Source: Candidatus Avelusimicrobium gallicola
Lineage (GTDB): Bacteria; Elusimicrobiota; Elusimicrobia; Elusimicrobiales; UBA9959
Direction: 5' to 3'
DNA: 64,000 nt
Assembly: GCA_020722185.1 (NCBI GenBank)
Contig: DYLH01000003.1
Location: 4,377 to 68,376, forward strand
Position numbers and translations under genes: made by a program. The notes under the pieces were generated by a model. That model saw nothing but the letters and a program-made list of their open reading frames with translations, was not told where the DNA came from and did not search any database. Numbering within the stretch: the first letter of the stretch is position 1; each line of letters starts with the position of its first letter. This document shows, one piece after another, positions 1 to 9,210 of the stretch.

Positions 1-1
1 G

Positions 2-493
2 ACCACAACCATACAGTTTGACTTCAATATGTCTGAAAGATTTCAGCTGGAATACACCGGCGCTGATGGAAGAAAACACAGGCCTTATATGATACACAGG
101 GCTCTTCTTGGCTCTATTGAGAGATTCTTTGGGATACTGATAGAGCACTATGCTGGGAATTTTCCCCTCTGGCTTGCCCCAGTGCATGTGAAAATATTGG
201 ATATAACCTCTCAGGAAGAGGATTACGCAATCGAAATAGCAAACAAATTATCCGAGAAGGGGCTCAGGGTTAAGACCGATATTTCCAATGACACCATAAA
301 TGCAAAAATAAGAACCGCCTCTATGGAAAAGGTTCCTTACATAGTGATAGTTGGAAAGAAGGAAAAGGAAAATAAGTCAATATCTATAAGGCTTAAAGGC
401 AATAAAAATGTGTACGGAATATCCCTTGAGGAATTCGCTTCTCTATTGCTAAAAGAAATATCTGAAAAAAGTTTAGTTTCTTATTACAAGTAG
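2..493 (+). CDS. thrS: Threonyl-tRNA synthetase, C-terminal portion (gene starts upstream of the window)
   Basis: Frame is open from the window edge (nt 2: TTTIQFDFNMSERFQLEY...). Class-II core end (RPYMIHRALLGSIERFFGILIEHYAGNFPLWLAP) and anticodon-binding domain (VPYIVIVGKKEKEN) are recognisable. Confidence 0.9.
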   Translation, partial: TTTIQFDFNMSERFQLEYTGADGRKHRPYMIHRALLGSIERFFGILIEHYAGNFPLWLAPVHVKILDITSQEEDYAIEIANKLSEKGLRVKTDISNDTINAKIRTASMEKVPYIVIVGKKEKENKSISIRLKGNKNVYGISLEEFASLLLKEISEKSLVSYYK

Positions 494-508
494 GAATACT
501 CTACTTTA

Positions 509-531
509 TGCCTCAATTAAGAGATGAGGCA
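509..531 (+). terminator. Inverted repeat TGCCTCA-N9-TGAGGCA in the convergent thrS/glnA spacer; possible terminator hairpin
   Basis: Perfect 7-bp stem read directly, 16 nt after the thrS stop. No clean U-tract, so a weak call. Confidence 0.3.
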
Positions 532-616
532 ATATCTTCATCCTTTATGGGAAATACGCTTTTAAAAGAGTTAGCAGCTATCAGGATAGAAAAAATATTC
601 TCTTATTCATACTTTT

Positions 617-1939
617 TCACAGGAAAGAAAGATATCTTTTTAGCTCATAGTCTGTGACTGTTATTCTGTAATTGTCCCATTCTATTTTTTTATTTTCTAT
701 AAATTTGGAAAAGACATGCTCGCCAAGAGCTTCTCTCATAATTCTTGATTTTGAGAATTCTTCCACAGCCTCAAGCAAAGAGCCGGGCAAAGTGTTTATG
801 CTTTTTGCTTTTCTCTCTATTTCATTCATTTCATATATATCTGCTTCCACTGACTTTGGAAGTTCATATCCCTTTTTAATTCCTTCAAGACCAGCCTTTA
901 ACATAACTGAAAAAGCCAAATATGGATTAGCTCCAGGGTCTGGGAATCTGGCTTCTATTCTAGTTGATTTCTCATAGCCAACAATGGACTGAGGTATTCT
1001 TACAAGAGCAGACCTATTTCTTCTAGCCCATGCTATATAAACCGGCGCTTCATAGCCGGGCACAAGCCTTTTGTAAGAATTTACCCATTGATTTGTCACA
1101 GCGCAAATCTCTCTAACATGCTTTAATATCCCAGCAGAATATGCCTTGGCTGTTTTTGAAAGGTAGTTCTCATCTTTCCCGTCAAAAAACATATTTTTGC
1201 CTTTGCTAAAAAGGGACTGATGCACATGCATACCGCTTCCATTGAAGCCGTTTATCGGCTTTGGCATAAATGAGGCATAGATATTTCTCTTTGCCGCTAT
1301 CTGCTTGACTACAAGCTTATAAAGTATAACTTTATCAGCCATTTTCAAAGCATCATCATAGCGAAGATCTATTTCATGCTGGCTTGGGGCAGCTTCATGA
1401 TGGGAATATTCCACAGATATGCCCATCTCTTCCAGAACAAGGATGGTTTCCCTTCTCAAATCATTAGCTTCATCAACTGGTACGCTGTCAAAATATCCAC
1501 CCTCATCAAGTATCTGCGGTTTATCTGAACTTGAGAAATAAAAATACTCTAGCTCAGGACCAACCATAAACCTGTCAAATCCGGCCTTATTCATTTCCTC
1601 AAGATTTTTTTTCAAAATATATCTTGTGTCTCCCTCATAGTTCTTCCCTTCCGGAGTTATAATATCCCCAAACATCATTGCCGTTTTTGTTCCATCAAAA
1701 GCAATGGGCAGAACATTGAAAGTTTCTAGATCTGGTAGCAATCTCAAATCGGACTCATATATTCTGGCAAATCCCTCAACGGAAGAGCCATCAAATCCCA
1801 TTCCTTCCTCAAGCGCATGCTCAAGCTCTCTTCTTGTAATAGCAAAAGCTTTCAGCCGGCCAAGTATATCCACAAAACAGAGTTTTATGAATTGTATATT
1901 TTCTTTCTCAATTCTTTTTAGAATTTCTTTTTTAGTCAT
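617..1939 (-). CDS. glnA: Glutamine synthetase, type I
   Basis: 440 aa. GS beta-grasp plus catalytic domain motifs (FDGSSVEGF, GPELEYFYF, NGSGMHVHQSLF, NRSALVRIP, ANPYLAFSVML). Confidence 0.95.
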   Translation of the reverse strand: MTKKEILKRIEKENIQFIKLCFVDILGRLKAFAITRRELEHALEEGMGFDGSSVEGFARIYESDLRLLPDLETFNVLPIAFDGTKTAMMFGDIITPEGKNYEGDTRYILKKNLEEMNKAGFDRFMVGPELEYFYFSSSDKPQILDEGGYFDSVPVDEANDLRRETILVLEEMGISVEYSHHEAAPSQHEIDLRYDDALKMADKVILYKLVVKQIAAKRNIYASFMPKPINGFNGSGMHVHQSLFSKGKNMFFDGKDENYLSKTAKAYSAGILKHVREICAVTNQWVNSYKRLVPGYEAPVYIAWARRNRSALVRIPQSIVGYEKSTRIEARFPDPGANPYLAFSVMLKAGLEGIKKGYELPKSVEADIYEMNEIERKAKSINTLPGSLLEAVEEFSKSRIMREALGEHVFSKFIENKKIEWDNYRITVTDYELKRYLSFL

Positions 1940-1990
1940 ATAAACCTCCTTAGGGATAAAACTTAATAAGAATGAAATGAAATTGTAGAC

Positions 1991-4318
1991 TTATACATTT
2001 TTTTTCTTTCCAAGTTCTCTAAGCACTTTATCTGGAGTAAATGGCGCTTCATATAGTCTAATCCCGACAGCATTATAAAGAGCATTATTTATTGCTGGCA
2101 ATGGTCCATTTATTCCTATTTCAGACACTGATTTAGCGCCAAAAGGGCCATTGGGCTCATATGTAGGTATGAGTATAGTCCTTATATTTCCTATATCCTT
2201 TGTTGTAAATATTTTATAGCGTCTGAAATTTGCATTAAGTGGGGTGCCATTTGAAGAAAACTCAAGACCTTCAGAAAGGGTATGACTTATCCCATTTACT
2301 ACCGCTCCATCATTTTGACCCTCGGCAAGTGTAGGATTCACAGCCGTGCCACAATCTATGCAAGAGACATATTCTTTAACACTTATTTCCCCGGTTCTTG
2401 TGTCCACTTCTATGTCAGCGAAATGAGCGGAAAAGGGCGGAGGGGAAGTATGCGCAATATGTGAAGCGCTGGCTATTATCTGATGTTGATTGTAGTAATA
2501 AAGAGATGTATTGGCAATTTCGCTAAAAGACACTTTCTTTCCATTCTTTGAATAAACACTTTTATCTTTTAGGTACAAGTTCTCCTTTTTTTCATCAAGT
2601 ATCTTAGCAGCCACTTCTATTATCATATCTCTTACTTTCTCCGCAGTTTTTCTCACTGCATTTCCTGAAATAAAAGTGGTGCTTGACGCATACGCTCCCA
2701 CATCAAATGGGGTGAGATCTGTATCCGAGGAGTATGGAATTATATCAGTATTTGGCACGCATAGAACTTCCGCGGCTATTTGAGCAAGGATAGTGTCTGA
2801 ACCTGTGCCAAGGTCAGTGGCGCCCATAAGCAAGTTAAATGAGCCGTCTTCATTCATTTTTATTGTGGCGCTGGCCATATCTATTTCTGGGATTCCAGAC
2901 CCCTGCATAAGACAACACATACCAAGACCTTTTTTAATATGTGAATTCACTGCATTCCACTTAGAGTACTCTTTCTTTTTTTCATACCATTTAATCTCTT
3001 TTAGACCTCTTTCTATCGCCTCATCAAGTCCTATTGAAGTAATGACTTGCTCCACGCCTTCTCTCCCCTCCCCCATAGCCTTAAAAACAGGAGAGCCTTC
3101 GCCAAGTTTTATATAATTTTTCTTCCTAAATTCTACAGGGTCCATACCTATCTTTTCAGCCATTATATCCATCTGTGTTTCCCACCCATAAAATCCTTGC
3201 GTAGCGCCATATCCGCGATAGGCGCCGGCCACTGGCATATTTGTATAGACGCTTTTTCCAGAAAATTTTATGTTATTTTTTATTTTATACATAGGTATTG
3301 TGTGAGACCCCGCACACATCATAACAGTTAGAGCATGCGAACCATAAGCGCCTGTATTTAGGACTATCTCCATATCCGCATCTGTTATAGTTCCATCTTT
3401 TTTAACTCCCGTTTTAAGCCTCATAAAAGCTGGATGTCTGGTTCTAGAAGAAATAAAAACCTCTTTTCTGCTATATTCAAGTTTTACCGGCCTCTTTGTT
3501 TTCAAGGCAAGAGCTGCCACTATATCTTCAAGCACCTCTTGTTTGGACCCAAAGCCGCCGCCTATTCTAGGCTTTATCACTCTTATGTTTTTGACTGGAA
3601 TATTCAAAGCCTGAGCGACAATTCTCCTGACATGGAATGGCACCTGAGTCGAAGTTCTTATGACAAGACGGCCTTGAGGATCAAAATAGCATATAGATGT
3701 ATGAGGCTCTATGGCGCAATGTTGAAAATACGGTATTCTATATGTATTTTCTATGACATAATCAGCTTCGCCAAACCAATCTTTGTTCTTAACTTCAAAA
3801 TCAAATTTTGCCGCTATATTTCTTTTTGCGTCTGGAATATTTTTAGAGTCTTTCTCGTCATGTATTATCGGGGCTTTGTCTTTCATCGCTTCCAATTGAT
3901 CAAAAACAGCTGGAAGAATTTCATACTCCACTTCTATGGCTCTGACTGCCTCATTGGCGGCCTGTAAAGTTTCAGCGGCTACAGCAGCAACTCTGTCTCC
4001 GACATATCTAACTTTATTGTCAAGGATGTATGTGTCATAAGGAGAGGGTTCTGGATATCCCTGTCCAGCCGTTGTGTGTGGAATTCTCGGCACATCTTTA
4101 TATGTAATCACGGCTTTTACACCATTTATTTTTAGGGCTTTTGAAACATCTATGTTTTTTATTCGAGCGTGAGCGTGAGGGCTCCACAATATCTTTGCAT
4201 ATAGCATATCTTTTATGTCAATATCGTCTGTAAACATCGGCTCTCCGCAGGCAAGGGCAAGAGAATCTATTTTTTTTACCCTTTTGTTTACAACCTTAAA
4301 ATCTTTATTTTCTGGCAT
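1991..4318 (-). CDS. Xanthine dehydrogenase-family molybdopterin-binding large subunit (set 2, 775 aa)
   Basis: a/b-hammerhead and MoCo-binding domains (IGGGFGSKQE, AGAYRGYGATQG, FGAKSVSEIG). Start placed at ATG 4318, which has AAGGAGAG 4 nt upstream; the ORF-track extension to 4408 overlaps the FeS gene. Confidence 0.9.
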   Translation of the reverse strand: MPENKDFKVVNKRVKKIDSLALACGEPMFTDDIDIKDMLYAKILWSPHAHARIKNIDVSKALKINGVKAVITYKDVPRIPHTTAGQGYPEPSPYDTYILDNKVRYVGDRVAAVAAETLQAANEAVRAIEVEYEILPAVFDQLEAMKDKAPIIHDEKDSKNIPDAKRNIAAKFDFEVKNKDWFGEADYVIENTYRIPYFQHCAIEPHTSICYFDPQGRLVIRTSTQVPFHVRRIVAQALNIPVKNIRVIKPRIGGGFGSKQEVLEDIVAALALKTKRPVKLEYSRKEVFISSRTRHPAFMRLKTGVKKDGTITDADMEIVLNTGAYGSHALTVMMCAGSHTIPMYKIKNNIKFSGKSVYTNMPVAGAYRGYGATQGFYGWETQMDIMAEKIGMDPVEFRKKNYIKLGEGSPVFKAMGEGREGVEQVITSIGLDEAIERGLKEIKWYEKKKEYSKWNAVNSHIKKGLGMCCLMQGSGIPEIDMASATIKMNEDGSFNLLMGATDLGTGSDTILAQIAAEVLCVPNTDIIPYSSDTDLTPFDVGAYASSTTFISGNAVRKTAEKVRDMIIEVAAKILDEKKENLYLKDKSVYSKNGKKVSFSEIANTSLYYYNQHQIIASASHIAHTSPPPFSAHFADIEVDTRTGEISVKEYVSCIDCGTAVNPTLAEGQNDGAVVNGISHTLSEGLEFSSNGTPLNANFRRYKIFTTKDIGNIRTILIPTYEPNGPFGAKSVSEIGINGPLPAINNALYNAVGIRLYEAPFTPDKVLRELGKKKNV

Positions 4319-4344
4319 ATTGCTCTCCTTGTAGAAAACTGCTT

Positions 4345-4845
4345 TTATTTTTTTATTTTTTTTGACGCTATATTCACAGCCTCTATCTGCTTCACATATC
4401 CAGTGCATCTACATAAATTTCCATCAAGAGCATGTTTAATTTCTTCATCACTGGGCGAACCATTTTCATCGAGAAGAGCCTTTGTTGACATAATCATGCC
4501 TGGAACGCAATACCCGCACTGAACGGCCCCAGCTTCAACAAAAGCTTCCTGTATTGGGTGAGGATTGGAAATGGATCCTATCCCCTCTATAGTGGTTACT
4601 TCGCATCCGTCAACTAAAAAAGCTGGGATTATACAAGAAAGTGTGGCCTTTTTGTTCACAATTACAGTACATGAACCACAGTCTCCGGTGTCACAACCTT
4701 TTTTGGTCCCTTTGTAGCCAAGTCTTCTAATTAATTCCAAAAGGGTTTCATCTCCGGAAATTTTGACTTTCAGCTCTTTCGCATTAAGGACAAAAGAAAT
4801 ATCAAATTTGCCGTCCTTGTCTAGAGAAAGTTCTTTTTTCTTCAT
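4345..4845 (-). CDS. XDH-family [2Fe-2S] small subunit (set 2)
   Basis: Plant-type motif GCDTGDCGSCTV...SC and second-cluster motif QCGYCVPGMIM...LCRCTGY. ATG 4845 has GGAGG upstream and overlaps the FAD-subunit stop (TGATG). Confidence 0.92.
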   Translation of the reverse strand: MKKKELSLDKDGKFDISFVLNAKELKVKISGDETLLELIRRLGYKGTKKGCDTGDCGSCTVIVNKKATLSCIIPAFLVDGCEVTTIEGIGSISNPHPIQEAFVEAGAVQCGYCVPGMIMSTKALLDENGSPSDEEIKHALDGNLCRCTGYVKQIEAVNIASKKIKK

Positions 4846-5678
4846 CAATCCTCCATTAAACCAGATAAAAAATCTGTCGATAAATTTTTTGCAAGTGAAG
4901 CTCTATAAGAGTTTATTTCTGAATTTGCGTGAAGTGAAAGCACCCCTGATTCAAGGCGAGATGAGATATCTTTTATTAACTCGGTGTTTATTTCCTTTCC
5001 AATAACATCTTTTTCCAAAGCCTCATCAATATACGGCAAAGCTCTGACAGCCCCCACGGACAATCTCAAATCCTTTATCTTTTTTTTATATATATCTGCT
5101 CTAAAACAAACGGTTATATACGAATCCCATGAAGACTTTATTTTAGAAACTTTTTTAAAATAAAATTTATTACGGGATAAATTCAATGGGAAAAGCAATT
5201 CTGTAATTAGGCAATTTATACCAGGCTTATACCTCCCCAAGTAAAGCTCTTTCCATGAAATTATTTTAGAAAATCCTTTTAGCGAAATTCTCACATTGGC
5301 GTTGAGAGATGAGCATAAAACAGGAAATAAATTAAAAGCATTCAAGTGAGCCAAATTGCCGCCAACTGTGGCCATATTTCTTATAAGTTGGCTTGAACAA
5401 GCAGATGCCGCCTTTGACAATAATCCATCAAAAAGAGAAGAACAGAGCTTATTTTTTTCTATTTGATCAAATGTAGATCCCGCCCCTAAAATTAAATATT
5501 TTTGATCCTTTTTTATATAGGAGATGGGCAAATCCCTGCCGCAAATTGCTATTTCAGTATTTTCAGGGATATTTTTGAAAGAATAAGTGCTTCCAGCTAT
5601 ATATACTGAATTTTTTTTGCCAAGCAAAGACACGGCTTCCCTGACGGTGTTAGGGAAATAAATCTTTTTTATTTTCAC
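4845..5678 (-). CDS. XDH-family FAD-binding medium subunit (set 2, divergent)
   Basis: FAD_binding_5-like (ATVGGNLAH), but the N-terminal AGGTDL motif reads AGSTYS. GTG start at 5678 is preceded by GGGAGG. Confidence 0.8.
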   Translation of the reverse strand: MKIKKIYFPNTVREAVSLLGKKNSVYIAGSTYSFKNIPENTEIAICGRDLPISYIKKDQKYLILGAGSTFDQIEKNKLCSSLFDGLLSKAASACSSQLIRNMATVGGNLAHLNAFNLFPVLCSSLNANVRISLKGFSKIISWKELYLGRYKPGINCLITELLFPLNLSRNKFYFKKVSKIKSSWDSYITVCFRADIYKKKIKDLRLSVGAVRALPYIDEALEKDVIGKEINTELIKDISSRLESGVLSLHANSEINSYRASLAKNLSTDFLSGLMED

Positions 5679-5708
5679 ATTTCCTCCCTTCTAGATGATT
5701 ACATTGAT

Positions 5709-5714
5709 ATTATA
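5709..5714 (-). promoter_or_regulatory. Candidate -10 box TATAAT for the set-2 XDH operon
   Basis: Perfect TATAAT on the minus strand about 30 nt upstream of the GTG start. No convincing -35. Confidence 0.3.
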
Positions 5715-5718
5715 TAAA

Positions 5719-5738
5719 AAAAGCATAAGAAGGCTTTT
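5719..5738 (-). terminator. Weak hairpin AAAAGC-N8-GCTTTT followed by T-run, downstream of the PmbA-like gene
   Basis: 6-bp AT-rich stem plus TTT read on the minus strand. Confidence 0.3.
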
Positions 5739-5768
5739 AAAAAACTAAACAGGGTTCTCTGAATAGTT

Positions 5769-5782
5769 CTTAAGCGCTTAAG
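5769..5782. repeat. Perfect 14-bp palindrome CTTAAGCGCTTAAG
   Basis: Read directly. Lies 3 nt downstream of the PmbA-like stop codon, at the operon boundary. Function unknown. Confidence 0.9.
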
Positions 5783-5784
5783 CT

Positions 5785-7470
5785 CTACTTATTAAAAAAT
5801 GGATGATTTAGATAAGGTTTTTTTTCAGGTTTCGCTTCTGTTTTTTTAATTTCAATTTCTCTTATAAGAATAGCTGAGGGCGAAACTATTGAAGTCGGAA
5901 CTCTGGAATATGCGTAATTATAGGGAGAGCCTTGATAGAAGTTATAGACCATATCAATATCTGAAACTGCTTCTATATCTCTTAGTCCTCTAAGACCTAT
6001 TCCATCAAATTGAGATAAGTTAATTGGACTTTTTTCTCCATTTTTTAGATTCAGTTTGTAGGCTATAACCGGATCTCCTATCATTTTTTCATATTCCTTT
6101 AAAGTGGAAATCTTCTTTATGATCAAGACATAGTCGAGTTCTTGCTCCCTTCCTAAAGAAAAAAGCTGATCCAGTAAATCTTTGTATGGCAACTTTTTAT
6201 CAGAAACAAAAAACACATTTCCAGCTGAGGCAAAAGGGAAAAAATTAGTATCAGCTCTGCCATGTCCATTGGAATTGCTTGAATTTTTATCCGGTCTTCT
6301 ACTTGAATACAAAGCCTCAAGTTTTCCTTTCTTTACTAATTCAAGTTTATAAGGCTTTATGCCCTCAGAATCAATTGGGTAATAGCCCAATAGAGAAACA
6401 TCTCCATATTTCTTTACAAGGGGGTCATCGTAAACAGAAACAAAACCCGGCAAAACCCTCTTGCCAATTCTATCTTTAAGCTTAGGGATTTCATAGTAAT
6501 ATTTTAGCCATTCATCTCTCTCTGCCCATGGTTCAGGACTAAATGAGATATTTCTAACAAAAAGCTGGTTTATAAACTCAGCCGCAGCTTCATTTTCAAA
6601 TATTGCCGGACCGACATAGTAATCTATCTCCTCAGCTTTATAAGCGCTATTTATCAAAGCTGCATATTCATCTATAGCTTTTTCAATTTTATCCTCTTTA
6701 AGATCTTTCCATGATGCATAAATAAACTGTTTTGAATCCTCTAATTTATATCCAGATTCATTCTGCATTGAAACATAGACTATTACAGATGCCTCGCAAG
6801 AATGAATTCTATAAGAAGAGCCTTGAGAATCCACAAATCTATCTATATTTCTCGCAAACTTAACACTTACATTGGAATCATTTATTTTTGGATATTTTCT
6901 AAAAATTGAAGATAATTTTTTTGTCCATTTTACATAATGAGAACTGTCAATTCCTCCACATGACATATTCTCGTCATAGTATTCATTGGGGCCATCTTTG
7001 CTAAGATCTCCATAAGACTCTTTTATATCCTTTTTCTTTTTATAAGCCTCTTTCTGGGAATATTTTTCCAAAGCTGATTTATAAGCTTCATCAGACATAA
7101 GCCAAAGCGACTTTCGCAATAATTCATAGTTGTCTGATTCTGGCAAATTTCCAACAATAGGTTTATAATCTCTGAAATCAGATATATAAGCTGAATTATC
7201 AAAGTTTGAATTTCCCACACGAATGTCAATTTTCCCCAAACGATTAAAAGAGGAATTATTTTCCTTTATCGCTCCAAAAGATGCTGAAATGTATGTCTGA
7301 GAGCTATCTGATATATGGCAAGAAACAAAATATGGTTTGTCAAAATTCTCAAGTTTTATTTTTGAAACTGTTCTATCCACTTCATCTTTCATAGCTCTTA
7401 AAATTTCATCTGAACCATAAGAAAAAACGGGAACTAAAAGAAATATAATGCATATTAAAATTTTATTCAT
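5785..7470 (-). CDS. Exported TldE/PmbA-like protein (TldD/PmbA family, no metal motif)
   Basis: Family-typical length and C-terminal region (GHGRADTNFFPF...). Lacks HExxxH. Signal peptide MNKILICIIFLLVPVFSYG. ATG 7470 preceded by GGAGG. Confidence 0.8.
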   Translation of the reverse strand: MNKILICIIFLLVPVFSYGSDEILRAMKDEVDRTVSKIKLENFDKPYFVSCHISDSSQTYISASFGAIKENNSSFNRLGKIDIRVGNSNFDNSAYISDFRDYKPIVGNLPESDNYELLRKSLWLMSDEAYKSALEKYSQKEAYKKKKDIKESYGDLSKDGPNEYYDENMSCGGIDSSHYVKWTKKLSSIFRKYPKINDSNVSVKFARNIDRFVDSQGSSYRIHSCEASVIVYVSMQNESGYKLEDSKQFIYASWKDLKEDKIEKAIDEYAALINSAYKAEEIDYYVGPAIFENEAAAEFINQLFVRNISFSPEPWAERDEWLKYYYEIPKLKDRIGKRVLPGFVSVYDDPLVKKYGDVSLLGYYPIDSEGIKPYKLELVKKGKLEALYSSRRPDKNSSNSNGHGRADTNFFPFASAGNVFFVSDKKLPYKDLLDQLFSLGREQELDYVLIIKKISTLKEYEKMIGDPVIAYKLNLKNGEKSPINLSQFDGIGLRGLRDIEAVSDIDMVYNFYQGSPYNYAYSRVPTSIVSPSAILIREIEIKKTEAKPEKKPYLNHPFFNK

Positions 7471-7487
7471 TTTTCCTCCAAAATATT

Positions 7488-9176
7488 TCATTTATCAAAT
7501 ATAGGATTTTTAAGTATCGGCAACATCTCATTTGATTTTTTAACTTTTTCAGTCTCAATTTCACTAAAAAGAATGCTTGGACTGACAGCTGAAACGGGCA
7601 CCCAGCCAGACTCTGCGCCACAGGTTCCATTAAATACTCCGTCATCATCGCCAGAGGCTATTATTTTCTTAAAAGTCTGTAAAGGCGTGCCTATCATATT
7701 AAATCCGCGAACTACCTCATCAGGTCTGCCGTCGGGATAGACCCTTACAGCATATTTGACAAGTATTGTATAGCTTTGAGGAAGAGACCTTTGAGTTATT
7801 GTAAATCCGCCAGATATATCTTTTATTATGAGCCCATAAGGTTTACCGCTTTTTTTTATTTCCTCAATAAGTATATTGCGAAGCTCATTGTAAGAAACTT
7901 TTTTAGATGAGGAAGCAATCAAATTTCCCTGTCTAGCCACTGTCATATATCCTTGGCTTCTTCGGCCATGCCCATTGGAAAGCGGGAATTTCTCAAGAGG
8001 AACTCTTTGCATAAGAAAACCTTTGAGGATTCCATTTTCAACCAGAGAAGTTTTTTGGGCTCGCACCGCTTCATCATCATAAACATAATGGCCTCTTAAA
8101 AATTGGCCATTGAAGTAATGAATATTTGGATCATCATAAATGCTTAGGAAATCTGGCATAATCTTTTCGCCAATTTTTTTGGCAAAAGTCTGTCCTTCGT
8201 TTTCGCTTTTTTGTCTATGTCCCTCAATTCTATGTCCAAATATTTCATGCCAGAATACAGCTGCCGCTTGATTTTCAAGTATGGCTGGGCCGGTGTATGG
8301 CTCCTGTATGGGAGCATTTAGAAGGTTTTTTAGCTCTTCTATAGAATTATCTATATCCTTTGATATATCGCTTTCTTTTGGCAAATCTTTGATATCATCA
8401 AAATGATATGATTTGAAACGATTTAAGTCCATGCCATCGCTTGTCCTTGCTGAAAGGCTATAAGCTATACTCATATAATTATTTCCATTGACTATTCTGG
8501 CTCCGTCAGAATTTACTATGTATCTATTTTCTCCAGTCCAGCCAAAGCTTATGTCAGAATTAAGTATAAAATCATATTTCTTGAATTTTAAGGAAAGAGA
8601 CTCAAGCATTCCTTTTATTTTCTCTTTTTCAAAAGATGGCAAAATAGCTTTTGAATAAAACACATCTGTGGTTTTATCCATAGAAAAATCTCCAGACTTA
8701 TCCTCTTCCTGAGCCGTCACTTGCTTATTGGTTTCAACTTTCATATACTGATTCAAGGCATTTTTATACGCTGAATCTGTCAGATTCCACAATTTAGACT
8801 TTATTGCCCAAGAATCATCTGAGGGCAAAATTTCAGTTTCAATACTTTTTGAATTAGAATTTCCATTATAAACTTCTCTGCCTTTGATTTCATGTGTATT
8901 GTCTAGAATTCTTGAGCCTAAGCGCATATCAGCATTTACCACAGTTTGATCATATTCTCCCTCATCAGCCAATGCTCCCAAATTATAGTTTACCCAGTAA
9001 CCTTTCTCCTGCCAAGCTTCATATTGCATAAAATAAAGTGGAGTTTTTTCCGCAGAGGATAAGACTTTGAAAGATCTTTCCAATTCCTCAGACATTGAAT
9101 CAAGTAAAATATCTTTTTTTTCTGTCTGAGCAAAGGCCAATATTGGCCAAAGTAAAACAATCAAAATTTTTTTCAT
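7488..9176 (-). CDS. Exported TldD-like metallopeptidase (TldD/PmbA family)
   Basis: HExxxH motif in WHEIFGHRIEGH, plus SNGHGRR and GTCGAESGWVPV. Signal peptide MKKILIVLLWPILAFAQ. ATG 9176 preceded by GGAGG. Confidence 0.85.
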   Translation of the reverse strand: MKKILIVLLWPILAFAQTEKKDILLDSMSEELERSFKVLSSAEKTPLYFMQYEAWQEKGYWVNYNLGALADEGEYDQTVVNADMRLGSRILDNTHEIKGREVYNGNSNSKSIETEILPSDDSWAIKSKLWNLTDSAYKNALNQYMKVETNKQVTAQEEDKSGDFSMDKTTDVFYSKAILPSFEKEKIKGMLESLSLKFKKYDFILNSDISFGWTGENRYIVNSDGARIVNGNNYMSIAYSLSARTSDGMDLNRFKSYHFDDIKDLPKESDISKDIDNSIEELKNLLNAPIQEPYTGPAILENQAAAVFWHEIFGHRIEGHRQKSENEGQTFAKKIGEKIMPDFLSIYDDPNIHYFNGQFLRGHYVYDDEAVRAQKTSLVENGILKGFLMQRVPLEKFPLSNGHGRRSQGYMTVARQGNLIASSSKKVSYNELRNILIEEIKKSGKPYGLIIKDISGGFTITQRSLPQSYTILVKYAVRVYPDGRPDEVVRGFNMIGTPLQTFKKIIASGDDDGVFNGTCGAESGWVPVSAVSPSILFSEIETEKVKKSNEMLPILKNPIFDK

Positions 9177-9210
9177 CTTGCCTCCGCAATAAAACAATGG
9201 TATTAGTTTT

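Noticed and set aside
4319-4408. 5' extensions of ORF-track models (4408, 7491, 9197, 16001, 27086, 38263, 42664, 43479, 50185, 56011, 58193)
   Set aside because: The extensions overlap the upstream gene, often begin at TTG/GTG, and encode non-homologous sequence. An internal ATG (or GTG) with a GGAG-type SD restores the expected N-terminus or signal peptide in each case.
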